NCBI GenBank assembly: GCA_000934665.2
Contig: KZ538966.1
Location: 1 to 38,556 of the forward strand
Length of the DNA stretch: 38,556 bases
Reading direction: 5' to 3'
DNA from: Catajapyx aquilonaris
Lineage: Eukaryota
Shown here: positions 1 to 11,500 of the stretch, piece after piece
Position numbering within the stretch: the first letter of the stretch is position 1
Layout of the letters: each line of letters begins with the position of its first letter
Made by a program: the position numbers and the translations under genes
Notes under the pieces: generated by a model
Databases searched by the model: none
What the model saw: the letters and a program-made list of their open reading frames with translations, nothing else
What the model was told of the DNA's origin: nothing

Positions 1-279
1 TCAAATAAATCATTCCATGTATGTCCCTCTACGAACATTCACGGAACATTCCCTGAACATACGGAACATTCAGATCATTCCCTGCACATTCACGAACATC
101 CACTTCATGTTGGTGTGTCAATGGGGAACATTCACTGAACGTTCACAGAACATTCAAATAAAGCATTCCATGTATGTCCCTCTACGAACATTCACGGAAC
201 GTTCACTGAATGTACAGAACATACATCACATTCCCTGCACATTCACGAACATCCACTGAACGCTCGTGTGTCAATGGGG
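1..279. repeat. Tandem repeat, unit about 153 bp, built from ~11-bp GAACATTCAC-like subrepeats; continues off the left edge
   Basis: TCAAATAAA.CATTCCATGTATGTCCCTCTACGAACATTCACGGAAC occurs at 1 and 154. GTGTCAATGGGG occurs at about 115-126 and 268-279. Confidence 0.85.
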
Positions 280-298
280 TCCATGCTATTTCATAACA
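1..298 (-). mobile_element. Probable start of the Gypsy element's 3' LTR
   Basis: The minus strand reads TGTTATGAAAT from 298, directly after the integrase tail, where composition shifts from GC-rich coding to repeat. No second LTR is in the window for comparison. Confidence 0.5.
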
Positions 299-2617
299 GT
301 CTCGACGGTCGAAAAGAACATCTTCGTCGTCGGTGTCTGGTTCAAGGTACAACGCAGACACGCTCGGGTCAGGTGGGGGTTCATCGTCATCAGTGGTGAC
401 GGTGTCCTTCGGGCGTGGTCTGGGCGTTATCGGGATGCGACTTCTCGGTGGTCGGCTGCGAGTTGGACGACGGGTCGGTCCCGGTAGCGTTGACGCCCTC
501 GTCTGCGGTTTGCGTTGATCCTTAGGGTAGAATCGACCAGGCGGGATCCAAGGCGGGATCGGTGCGGCAGCAGCGGAAGTACCCGGAACTCCCTCGGGGA
601 GGGCAGGTCTCGGTCTCGATGGAGCTCTGGGAGGCCGTGCAGGAGGTCGCATCGCCTCTGTCGGTGCTCCAGGAGGGTCGTCTGGAAGGGCTGCAGCAGC
701 AGGATCGCCTGTTGATTCGTCAGTCGTCTCCACCGGAGGGGTTGCTTCTCCAGGTGGGGGAGACGGAGTGGCTGGCATCGCTGCAGGAGTGGCTGGAGAA
801 AACGGGTCAGCGGTACTGGTGTCTGATGGAGTCGTGTCCGCCAGCTCGGATGTAGGCAGCGTAGACTCCGGCGATTGTAGCTCATCGGGCTCAGGAACAA
901 TCGGCAGCGGCAGGTTAGCGGCTGTATCGCTGTCATCAAAGTCATGGTCCAGCAGTCTCGGTTTTCGGCGGCGATGTCTCGGAGGGGATGCGGTACCAGG
1001 TGTCGCATCTTCCGGATGGTCATCAGTAGTGGGGCTGCCCGTTGGAGCCTCGGATGTCGTGGTTTCAGGTGTTCCAAACGGGAACGTGGTCGACATCATG
1101 GAAGGTGGGAAGCACTCGGAAGGAGAGGCTGGTGTTGTAGGGGCTGACGGCGGAGTGGACTTGGGCGAGGGGAAGGTTCCAAAAGCGGGCTTTAGGCGAT
1201 TGAAGTGTACTTTGGTCACCTTAGAATCCAGGTTTCGTATTTCATAGGTTGTATCTCCTATTCTACGAAGGACCTGATATGGGCCAGACCACGGCTTTTG
1301 AAATTTGTGATGAACGCCCTTCTTCATCCATACCCAGGAATTCACTGGATAAGGTTCTCCGTGCGCCTTTTTGTCGTATTGAGCCTTCTGTTTCGCTCTT
1401 GCGGCGTTTAACCTGATGCGAGCTTTGTGAAAGATGTTGTGTAGGTCTGCTGACATTCGCTTCAGGTGATCAGTGGAGGACTCAGCGACATTTGAACGAC
1501 CAAGTATGAGGAGATCCTCAGGAAGCTTGGCCTCTCTCCCAAACACCATTTGATATGGAGTGGCTCCGGTAGAAGCGTGTATGTTGTTTCGATATGACAG
1601 CAACGTGAAAGGGAGCCTCTCATCCCATGAGTCAGGGTACATGGCGACTTGGGCTTTCATCAGCTGGACTAATGTGCCATTTAAACGTTCAACCATGCCA
1701 TTTCCCTGTGGATGATAAGATGTGGTTCGAGATTTCTCAAAGGCAAAAGCTTTGCTGATCTCATGAAAGATTGTGCTATCGAACTGAGTGCCTTGGTCCG
1801 ATAGCAAACAAGACGGGACTCCAAACCGGCAAACGTACTCCTTGATGAATGCTTGTGCGACAGTAACGGCGTCGATCCTGGGAAGTGGATATGCTTCTGC
1901 CCACTTGGTGAAGAAATCGACTATAACCAAAATATAACGATGTCCAGAGGACGTGATAGGAAGAGGGCCAATGAGATCGATGCCAAGCAACTGCATAGGT
2001 GAACCGACCTCGATTGGTTTAAGAGGAGCTTTAAATCCTGTCCTTGGAGATTTCGTTTGCTGACACACAAGACACTCTTTACACCAGACCTTAACGTCTG
2101 TGCACATTCCAGGCCAGTAAAACCGGTCTTTCATGCGACAATACGTTTTGTCGAATCCATAATGCCCACCAGTCATCGAGCAATGATACATCTCGAATAG
2201 GGTTTTGCTGTGTTCAGGTGGAATCAGGACCTCGTTGTCGGTTACACCTTTTCTGCGGAAGACAAGGTCACCGTCAACTACCAAGTAGGGGAGATCTTTT
2301 TCCCAGATGGATTTGGTGGTGAGTGGAATACCATGGCGTAAATGCCGTCGGATCTGTTGGATATCAGAGTCTCGACTTTGCCACTGGGCGGCTAAAGGAC
2401 TTTCTCCGATGGGGGAGAGAGCCGCCTCTGAGAGAGGTGGTGGATGTCTAGACAAAGCATCCACGTGCGATAACTGTTTACCCGGTTGGTACGTAATATG
2501 AGGCGCGTACTCTTCCATCATCAGTATCCAACGGGCGAACTTGCCCGATGGGTTTTTCATAGAACGTAACCATTTCAATGGGTTATGATCAGTTACGACT
2601 TCGCATTTTTGGCCGCT
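203..2617 (-). mobile_element. Ty3/Gypsy LTR retrotransposon pol fragment: RNase H C-terminus, integrase (HHCC, DDE, GPY/F) and long Pro/Thr/Ser-rich tail; 5'-truncated
   Basis: Frame is open from 2617: GQKCEVVTDHNPLKWL...GKFARWILMMEEY...YQPGK...VDALSR (RNase H end), HCSMTGGH...CLVC (zinc finger), GIDLIGPL / LLSDQGTQF / NGMVERLN (D,D,E), PWSGPYQV. An in-frame stop at 2618-2620 is followed by unrelated AT-rich DNA. Confidence 0.95.
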
Positions 2618-2979
2618 CTATAAAAAATCTGAGGGAACCTAACATTTCTTCATTACGTACTATAGGATTATTATTGTATATAAAATAAGTGTTACAGTAT
2701 CAGTTAATTCCATGTATACAATATTCATTACTCCCTGGTTGGCAAAAAATCACGTAAATATTCTGCTTTGCCTTGCAACAATCCTTCCAACATAGATCTG
2801 AGCGTATTGTGCATGATAAAAAGTTATCACTTCAGCATAATTCATAATGCAGCATGCCAGTATGAAACAGTCAACCAGGGGACTGGTATAGAGGTTCTTT
2901 AAATAATAATCTGTGCACTGATCACACGCACAACTTATTTATTTAAAATGCTAATAGCCTGGTGTGTACTGATTTTCAG

Positions 2980-3195
2980 AGATCTGGCCATCACACAAGA
3001 AATGCGTGACTTGCTCGCCAGTTTTGAAAGGCCGAGTGATCCTATGGCAATCATTACCCTTGATGACATAAGAAATGCACATGACCCAAGCAGTGGTCAA
3101 GTTGTTGCATGGTACCCTGCTTGCCAAGGCGAGCAGGTCGAAGCTGTAAAAGAAATGGCGGGACATTCCAGCATTACAACGGTATCTCGATTCAC
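2980..3195 (+). CDS. BARD1: BARD1-like exon: ankyrin C-cap, linker, BRCT1 start
   Basis: tttcag acceptor (AG 2978-2979), gtaagt donor at 3196; DLAITQEMRDLLASF...TTVSRFT. Confidence 0.75.
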
Positions 3196-5488
3196 GTAAG
3201 TCATGTGACTGCAGTGTAAAGATATGAACTAATTTTTTTCTGTCTCTTCATATACTCACAGGAAAAATGTTACCCATATCATTGTCAACACGTCAGCTCC
3301 ATTTATGTGCGCCTTCGATACAGCATTTGTCACTGCTGTACTGACAGGAAAATGGCTTGTCAGTTATCCGTGTAAGTATGTTACATCTTGCCTGTTACGA
3401 GGTGTGATGGAAAAGTTCCCGGACTGCGTTCATAAAAACATTAATATTTACTTTAAGTCCTAATTTCCACTGCCACCTTCAAAGTAGTCACCTTGGGCAC
3501 GTATACAACAATTCCAGCGAATTTCCCATTTTTGGAAGCACCAAAAAAAAATTTGGGCAACAGTAGTGTGTTCAACACCTCCTGCGATTTTGCTTAGATC
3601 TCTTTAGTGGAGTCAAAATGCCTCCTTTTCTACCCAAATTTCATTTTAGGGAACAGGTAGAAATCACTTGGTGCCAGGATGTACGAATAGGCAGGGTGTG
3701 GAACAGTGGTCATGTTGTTTTTTGTCAGGAAGTCCCAGTCTACGCGTGAGGTGTGTGCAGGCGGAATTGTCATGGTGCCGCAACCAGTCTATGTTCTTCC
3801 ACATCTCCGGCCATTTGAGCCTAAATCGTCTCAAACCATCGCAGTAATACTTGCCGTTGACAGTTTTACCAGGAGGGAGAAACTCCATATGCACAATTCC
3901 TAAAATGTCAAAGAAAATGATGATCAGCATTGAGTTGATTTTGCTGCAAACTTGACGCGCCACCTTCGAAGCTGTTAGACCACTCATATGTTATTCCTTG
4001 TCTTACAACTTGCGCATCAAAAGCATTGTTCAGCATTCGGTTGGTTGCATCTGAAGTTTTGTTGAGCTGGAAGCAAAATTTAAAACAAATCTTTTGCTCC
4101 CTAACATCAGCGTTTTCGAAAAATCGCAGAAGCACAAGAACATGGTGTCACGAAAACTGCCGAAACTCGGAAACATCTGCACCTATGAGGACAAAATTTT
4201 TCAGACTAATAGCTGAAAGGTGCCTCTAGCGCCCCCTAACGTCACAAGTTCGTACCTCCACTGGTATATCGACGGTCCGGGAACTTTTTGATCACACATC
4301 GTATGTTAGGAATATGATTAGAGGTCTCACTGTTATTCTCTTTAAAAAACTTCGAAACTTGCATGCAATATTTTCTAAAAATCTACAAAATAGGCTCGTA
4401 AATGTTTCCTAAAATTACACCCAACAGAGCTTCAGAATATCGTCAGCAATAAGGAGAAATGGCGAATATACTGTTTTAGAAAATTTACAGGAGAGGTAAA
4501 AAATAGGTAGAAAATACGAGGGCCAGTCAAAACAAATTGAGACATTTTTTCTGTGATAAAGCGAATTGGTTCATGACTTGCTGTTAATGGCATCGTGTCC
4601 ATAATGGATTAAAGTATTAGTACACCAATTCTTGTTCGAATATTCCACAGTCCCAGGCAACAGTGACACCGGAAGTAGACCTGTGGAGGATGTTAGTACT
4701 TTCTGTGTAACAATGCCCATAACACATATTGCTTTTTCTAGGGTTGGAGAAGTGCAGCCAAATGAAGCAAGTTGTAAATCCTGCTCCATATCTTATTCAA
4801 GGCATTCCCGAGGACCCCAATTGCCAGGCTCCAGCCAAATCAATTCTGAATGCCTCTCGTGAGGTAAGTTATGAATCAGTCAATATAATCAAATGGTGGT
4901 CTCACAAGTAAATGTGTCACATATCATGTCAAACATTATTGCCAACAAGTTGAACTGTAGGGGTATGATTTAAGGCTAAATTTCTTGCCTAGTATTTTGG
5001 GAAACTAATCCAGTCAGCCCTCAGTTATCTGTGGGTAATTGGTTCCAAGGCCCCCTCCCATGGTAATCTGCTCCACTTCTGAAGAGCATTGACAAGCACT
5101 ATGAAAGTCACATCTGAGATGGAATTGCATCATTAATTCCTGCCCTTTTCTTCAGCTTCCAGGTATGCTGAGTGGATTTTCTATACATGTGTTCTCAGAG
5201 TGTTCCGAGCTGAAACTATCACGAGAGGAGATAATAGCTGTGCTGAAAGATGCAGGGGCACTCATCTTAAACCGAGAGCCAAACCCAGAGTCTGACTATG
5301 AGATGCACAGTCCATACCATGCAGAAAGCAGTGGAGCATTGGCCAGCTGCACCCGGTTAACACTGTATGATGACAAGAACATACATCAGCCTCGAATTAA
5401 GTACAACATGGCACACCTCAAAGTGCTTCCATACACTTGGCTCTTTGAAGTTGCACGACACTTTGCACTTGTGGATCCTATTAACTAA
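2980..5488 (+). CDS. BARD1: BARD1-like gene, 3' part (4 coding exons): ankyrin C-cap, linker, tandem BRCT; 5' exons lie left of the window
   Basis: Exons 2980-3195, 3262-3371, 4742-4863 and 5156-5488 join in frame via GT-AG (phases 2,1,0). The product resembles the BARD1 C-terminus: DLAITQEMRDLL, VTHIIV...AVLTGKWLVSYPW, GALILNREPNPESD...PYHA...CT...WLFE...F.L. Confidence 0.85.
3262..3371 (+). CDS. BARD1: BARD1-like exon: BRCT1 core
   Basis: cacag acceptor, gtaagt donor at 3372; KNVTHIIVNTSAPFMCAFDTAFVTAVLTGKWLVSYP(W). Not in the ORF track. Confidence 0.85.
3398..4301 (-). mobile_element. Internally deleted mariner element in a BARD1 intron
   Basis: TA-flanked ~28-bp terminal inverted repeats (TIRs): CGAGGTGTGATGGAAAAGTTCCCGGAC vs reverse complement at 4275-4301. 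Minus-strand relics EQKICFKFCFQLNK...ML..AF...YEW (HTH) and MLIIIFFDILGIVHMEFLPPGKTVN...HHDN. Confidence 0.9.
4742..4863 (+). CDS. BARD1: BARD1-like exon: BRCT1 end and inter-BRCT linker
   Basis: tttttctag acceptor, gtaagt donor at 4864; (W)LEKCSQMKQVVNPAPYLIQGIPEDPNCQAPAKSILNASRE. Confidence 0.85.
5156..5488 (+). CDS. BARD1: BARD1-like terminal exon: BRCT2
   Basis: cttttcttcag acceptor; LPGMLSGFSIHV...REPNPESD...PYHA...YTWLFEVARHFALVDPIN, then TAA at 5486-5488. Confidence 0.9.
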   Translation, partial: LPGMLSGFSIHVFSECSELKLSREEIIAVLKDAGALILNREPNPESDYEMHSPYHAESSGALASCTRLTLYDDKNIHQPRIKYNMAHLKVLPYTWLFEVARHFALVDPIN

Positions 5489-5637
5489 GGTGGCTCTTCA
5501 CTGCTCTAGGCAACATCGAAGTGTGACCACTTGCAGTAAAAAGTTGCATAAAACTTAGAAATTCCTTTGGTATTAAATTTTCAAGTTGTCAACTGGTTTG
5601 ATATAAAACTATCAGGTGAACATCCTATGAATGTATC

Positions 5638-5849
5638 CATGGTCTTAGAATAATAAGGTCGGGACATCTCACCTCTTATTGCCTACGGGGCCTGACGGGG
5701 TGTTTTGCGGCAGGTGGCCACTTATAGCGCATTTCAGGGCTTCACAGACATGTGCACTATCAAAAGTGGCCACCTGCCATAAAACACCCTGTCAGACCCC
5801 CTAAGGCAATAAGAGGGAAGAGACCAGACCACACTATTCTTAGACCATG
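5638..5849. mobile_element. Palindromic MITE with 8-bp TSD (P- or hAT-like termini CATGG...CCATG)
   Basis: Imperfect inverted arms of about 85 bp; perfect TSD AATGTATC at 5630-5637 and 5850-5857. Confidence 0.85.
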
Positions 5850-7290
5850 AATGTATCATATTTTGCAATCACTACCACCAGTTGAAGTTATCAATGGTGT
5901 AATGCATTTAGCCTTTTGAAGTACACAAAGTTGTGCATCATCATCTGTCTTGTGTTCATGTGCACACTTGTGATTAAAGTTTTAGTATGAAACGAAAAGT
6001 GGTATTATTTGGAATGAAAAGGATGGTGTGCATTTGACCAGTGAAAATCTTTTATATTGGTTTATTCAAGATGTCAAAGAGCACCAGAAGTCATTAACTA
6101 GCATTGTTTCCCTTCCATGTTTGGCAATTCCTTCTCACTTTCCTCTCTCCTCCTTCCCCATCCCAGTCCTCCCTTTCGGGTGCCGGAAGGACATATGGGT
6201 GCAGCAACATTTCTGCTGATATATACAGTTAATCATCTTCATCACGACATTTCCTATAAGGGGTAGTCAGCGATGGCGAGAGCCACAAGCTAACCCAAAA
6301 TATGAAGTAAATTAAAGCTTGTAAAAATACAGTACATACGTAAAAGGGAAATTCCAGCTATCCACAAGTCTAAAGTGGGGGGGAAAGGGGGGGCTGGGAG
6401 AATTAGAAGCAAGATGCATGAAGGAGTACGGTGGCATCACTTGGGCAGTTTTCTCTCTGTCTAGGGGGTTGTGATTGTGGGGTAAGGTCCAGCTGCCAGA
6501 GGCGCTGCTGTACTATCAGGGCCTAAATCTGAGAGCAATTCAATGGCTGATATAGAGAGAACGTCCGTTTGCGGCTCTGTGCTCCCATTCCAACTGGGAT
6601 GGCCCAGTTGGGTAATGGAAGTCCATTGGGTGATGGGGGATAAAATGGGCTGTGTTTTAGTGTAATTCCTCTTTCTCCGCACATGCTAGTGTATTTGCAA
6701 TAAATTGTAAGAACATTTATACGAGGACACTGCACTCCATGATAATTAAGGCACGGCTGTTCGAAAAACACAGGATAATCTACATACCGATAATTTTTTG
6801 TCAAGCAGGCAGAGTGGCAAAAAATTGGAGTAGGCGCTAAACATACCCCTACGCCACCTTGTTTGCGTGTTTAAGACTTTACATCTCCGTATCGTATAAG
6901 AGGAGGGTCACGTAGATGGTCTCAGGATCAAGCCTGGACACTATACGATCTTATTCACTAGTGTTTTCAAGTCTTGTCCCCCAAGTCCCAAAGAAAGCGA
7001 ATTTTTTGCAGATACTTGCAAAAACGCTAAAAACCACGCGTCTTATTAGGGTTAAATAGGGCTTAATCAATATAACAAAACTTAGCATAGATTTTTAGAT
7101 TGACCTCTGCAAAAAGTCTGTTATATCCTCCTGAGACCTGAGAAGAATTGAGTAATGTCAGTTCCTATTGCATTTTCTGAACATTTTCCCAATAAGAAAT
7201 GAGAAAAAAAATTATAGTTCTAAAAAGTCTGTAGTGCAAACTTTGCATCTGGACAAAAATTTTAAAATTCGACCCCTGAGATTATTTTAA

Positions 7291-7793
7291 GGGGGCGCAT
7301 TAGTAAAAATACGGTAGGCGCATTTTTGAGGGAATTTTATTTTTTGTGGCGAAACGCACCGTTAATCGGAAAAATCACGACGAAGGTGCCCTGTGCAAAG
7401 GTTTGCCCTTTACTATGGTACCGTATCATACTCGATATGTTTGCATTAAAATTGTGGACATATGGGCGCAGAAGCGTTCCCGACTTTGTCGCGTTCCTGC
7501 CGCCATGTTATTCAAATGGGTTTTTGGGGAACGCCATTTTCCTTTCACTTCAACTCGATGAAAAGGTCACTTCTAGGCCGAAAATGGTAAAATGACGACG
7601 AAGGTGCCCTGCGCCAGATCATGTCCTATTTTTTGGTGTAATTTTTGTGTCCGTTGCTCCATTTTTGCGGCCGTATGGCCGCAGAAGCGTAGACATGTCG
7701 AATCCCCATATGCTGTCCATGCATATGCGCGTTGGTTTACGTGGTCGCCAAGGGCTCGCATTGTTACCGTATTTTTTTTGCTAATGCGCCCCC
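7291..7793. mobile_element. Non-autonomous DNA transposon with GGGGGCGCATTAG termini (Kolobok- or PIF-like)
   Basis: TTAA|GGGGGCGCATTAGTAAAAATACGGTA on the left, TACCGTATTTTTTTTGCTAATGCGCCCCC|TTCA on the right. Internal direct repeat ACGACGAAGGTGCCCTG...GCAGAAGCGT about 217 bp apart. Confidence 0.7.
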
Positions 7794-7929
7794 TTCAGTA
7801 ATTCCATCACAGAATAATTAAATATTGCAGAAGTGTAAAATGTCAATTCGGGATATTTTTGTTCAATAGTGATTCCACCAGATGGCATGTAATGGTGGAT
7901 GGGCGAGGAGTTGGATTCATACCCTTGCC

Positions 7930-8595
7930 CACGGTCTAAGAATAGTAAGGTCTGGTCACTCCCCTCTTATCACCTTTGGGGGCTGACAGGGTGATTTTCG
8001 TCAGGTGGTCGCGTGATCGAACTTTTTTTCAGGAGCAAGACCTGTGGCTACCCTACCGGACTCCTCTGAATGTACATAGAAGAGGAGCTCCATGAGCGCC
8101 ATAGAGTAAATATACTACGTACTACAGTGTTGGACATTAATCACATCTTACTGCTAGCGACATTTTTCGATGCGGCAGACGCGCAGTGATCAAGTGCGAG
8201 CCGTGGGAATCAGAAGAGGTAGGCCTTGGGTGACGTCACCAACTGGTGGGCAATGGATAAAAACGCTTGTCCCCAGCCGGTGCCGTCACCGAAGGCCTAC
8301 CAATTCTTTCTTGCACGGCTCGCACTCTATCACTTCAATTTGCATGTCTACCGCATCGGAAAATCTCGCTGGCAGTATGATGTGATTAATGTCCAACACT
8401 GTACGCCCTTCGGTGAGCGCTCATGGAGCTCCTCTTCTACGTAAGTTCAGAGGAGTATGGTAGAGTCGCCACAGGTCTTGCCACTGAAGAAAAGCGCTAT
8501 CACCCGGCCACCTGCCGAAAACCACCCCATCAGCCCCCGAAGGCGATAAGAGGCAATAAGAGGGGACGACCAGACCTTACTATTCGAAGACCATG
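7930..8595. mobile_element. Longer copy of the 5638-5849 MITE family, containing a nested MITE
   Basis: Same termini (CACGGTCTAAGAATAGTAAGGTCTGGTC...GACCAGACCTTACTATTCGAAGACCATG); TSD CCCTTGCC / GCCTTGCC (7/8 match). Confidence 0.8.
8125..8401. mobile_element. TA-flanked palindromic Tc1/mariner-type MITE nested in 7930-8595
   Basis: TA|CAGTGTTGGACATTAATCACATC...GATGTGATTAATGTCCAACACTG|TA. Confidence 0.85.
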
Positions 8596-11500
8596 GCCTT
8601 GCCTATTCAGTCCAGACAGCCATACTGGTTTGACATCATACACTTCCAACCGATACCTCCTCCCATCATTCCAGACAGTTCCACGTATGCGACAAGTCTG
8701 CCTCTGGCCCAGTGGATGAGTTTATGAATGCACAAATATGCTGGAATGCAATTGGGAACTTCTTTCTGTAGTAGGGGAAGAAGTGGGCCCAGCTATAAAC
8801 ATTTGCTGGGACAGATACATTCAGCAAGCATACGAACAATATATTAGGATTTCAAAGATGGTGATTTTATTGGAAAAACATCAATTTCAAGAGTGCATAC
8901 AGTAACAAAATCACAGCCCTTATAATTTTCCCCCAATATCCCATGTTGCCTGTTTCCACCCATTTCCACCTGGACAAAATTCCATGTCCCTGTCGCCCAA
9001 ATGTGTACAATTGGATACTATTTAAAATTGTTTCTATCACACAAAACCAGTATCTAAAATGGAAGATGGGCAAGTCTATGACAAATCAACCAAAGTGTAT
9101 AATCCCCTCACATTTTTATTTACACGAATTTTTGCTATCAAGCAGAACTGCATCAAGAAAGGCCTCTTTTTTGCTTCCCATTTCAGTTCAACATAGCAAA
9201 TAAACTGCCATGAAAAAAATTTAAAAAGAGGCCATTGTAACCTCTGTCTAATAAGTCAAAATGCCGAACACAATTGAAGTCAGTCATACATATCCAAGTA
9301 AAATAACTGTGATGCCAGCTACCCCAAGAGGCACTTTCATCAGAAGAAGGATGGCTACCAGGGAAAACAAACCCTCAGCATGCCACTGGCTTAGTTGGTG
9401 CAGTACTGATAGTAAAGCATGGTTAACTTCATAAAAAGTACACGGATTTTGTGAGAAAGGCAATAATATTGCTCATGCAAACGAGACGTTTTTGGGTGCA
9501 AATATTGCTCTCATTTGTTTTTGAACAAAATAGTCTTGGTTGAAACAGGACTTCAAGGTACAGTGACTGAACAATCTTTCCCCTTCGTGTATAGAGAGTT
9601 ATATCTGGTTTAAAGGGGCAACCTGGAAAGGACCTGCTAGCAAAATACTCCAAATTTCTTGGGGGTGAAAGCACTACCCCACGATTATTATTATTACTCA
9701 AAATTTCTTTCCGACCTGTTTTTGCCATCTCTTGTTTGGGTCAAGCACAACAACATGAATTTTATATTCCAAGGAACAAAGAAGTGGAAGTTACCAATGC
9801 AGTCAATGTTACAGACAACATATCAGTGAGATCCATGAGACTGTTAGTGTGAGAGAACCAGTCACACTAAGGGAGTGCCAGGAAGACTTGCACTTCTTGA
9901 TTGATTCTCACAGTTACTCTGCTCAGTCATCCCTTGCAAAGTTGCAGTCGACAAGAGCTCTACAAACTATTCCCTCAATTGTAATCTTCCCAACAAATTG
10001 TTCCCTCACACTCACCGAGTCCTATGTGATGGGTGAACTGGTACTGCATGTCATCCAGGGATACTAGCAATTTCAAGAACTAACAATCTGGGTCCCAATT
10101 CACAAAAGTCAACAAATGAAATGCATACTGCAAGTTGGTTGCAGGGTGCCGTGGTTGCCATTGCAACATTCATGCTGGCATTCAAAATAATGCCTTGTAC
10201 TGCATACAAATCTTTGCACCTGTTTGTGAATCAGACCTCTGCATCTCGGTATTTTACATTACCTGGCGTTACTGAGACCTGAGTGCACATTGGTGAAAGG
10301 ATTTTTTTTTCTTCTGTTTTGCTCGAAGTGTAGGTAAAACTTTGCAGATCATTTCAAGGTCACCATTTTCTAACCTATGCCAAAATTGGGTATAACAGCG
10401 GTCACTTAACATTTATATTTAAAAAAACACTTCCACATAGGATGCCTCCTGTTCATGTAGTAAAACCAAGTAGCTGAACTCTCGAAGACTGAAAATTCAC
10501 CTAGCAGGCATGACTACCATGTTCAATAATAATTCAAGTCGTACACTGAAATATGCATAAGATCCAGTTGTGCTTTACCAGTTCCATTAGACTATTGCAG
10601 GCAACACCTTCCTGCAAGTTGCATTTTCCCTTATGACAGGCAGTACTGGTACTGAGACGAGTAGCTTGTGAACCAAAGGTGAGAATGAGCAGGCCTACTG
10701 ATTTTCCAATACATCATCAGAACTGTAGTATACAGTATATCCTAGAAGCACACATGCAACACTCTTAGCGGGTGATATTGAGAAGTGCACAGAAGGCCTG
10801 CACTTGACGGTTTTGATTCTAGAATTTTATAATTAGCAGGACTTTTTTTTCCAGTCCTTTCTTACTGCCTGAATCTTACCATACTACATGACACAAAATA
10901 TTGATGTGAATGCCATTCATCACCAATCACCATAGAGTGTGTAAAATGATCACACTAAATATTATCAAAATGTGATGAAAATAGCTAGTTCATTTTTTCT
11001 GCACATCATCACTTTGAAAAATTGTGAACAAATGGTTCATTTCCCATCAGTGTTTCAATCAGTTTCAGGGCCACAGCCGAAGACTGGTCTCTTTCTCTCC
11101 TGGGGACACAAATTACTAGTGCTACTTGGGGTAACTTATGCAGTTACTAATGGCTCATACAACAACCCACTGTCACTTGCTACATTGGTAAGACTTCCCC
11201 ATTACAAAACAGGCATACACAGAGAATTGACTCTCTCAGGAGTCCTCTTCCCACTTCCCAACCATGTTCATGCCTCAATTTACACAAAAATGCCCCCCCT
11301 TCCCTCAGCACTGGATTGTCAGTGAAAGGACCAGCAAGTGTGTGACCCCATGTAACACCTGCCATTCATCTTGTCTGATGGACAAACACTGACATCCCTC
11401 TCCTCAGGTACCAGGAATTGGTTTTACTTCATGATATCGGGGTTTTCACATTATCTGAGTTCGTCATACCTGGATTTTATTCCAGTTTTCTGCTAAAAAC

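Noticed and set aside
1..279. Regularly spaced short repeats resembling a CRISPR array, and ORF 17-259
   Set aside because: The intervening sequences are themselves repeated, the context is eukaryotic and no cas genes are present. The ORF is a by-product of the repeat.
266..1411. Overlapping ORFs on both strands (e.g. 427-1077 and 768-1247)
   Set aside because: Shadow frames of the GC-rich, low-complexity integrase tail; no env-like or other recognisable domain.
203..2617. Ginger/GIN-type DNA transposon or domesticated integrase
   Set aside because: The RNase H C-terminal motifs (TDH.PL.WL, ARW, DALSR) precede the integrase and no TIRs are seen, so this is retrotransposon pol.
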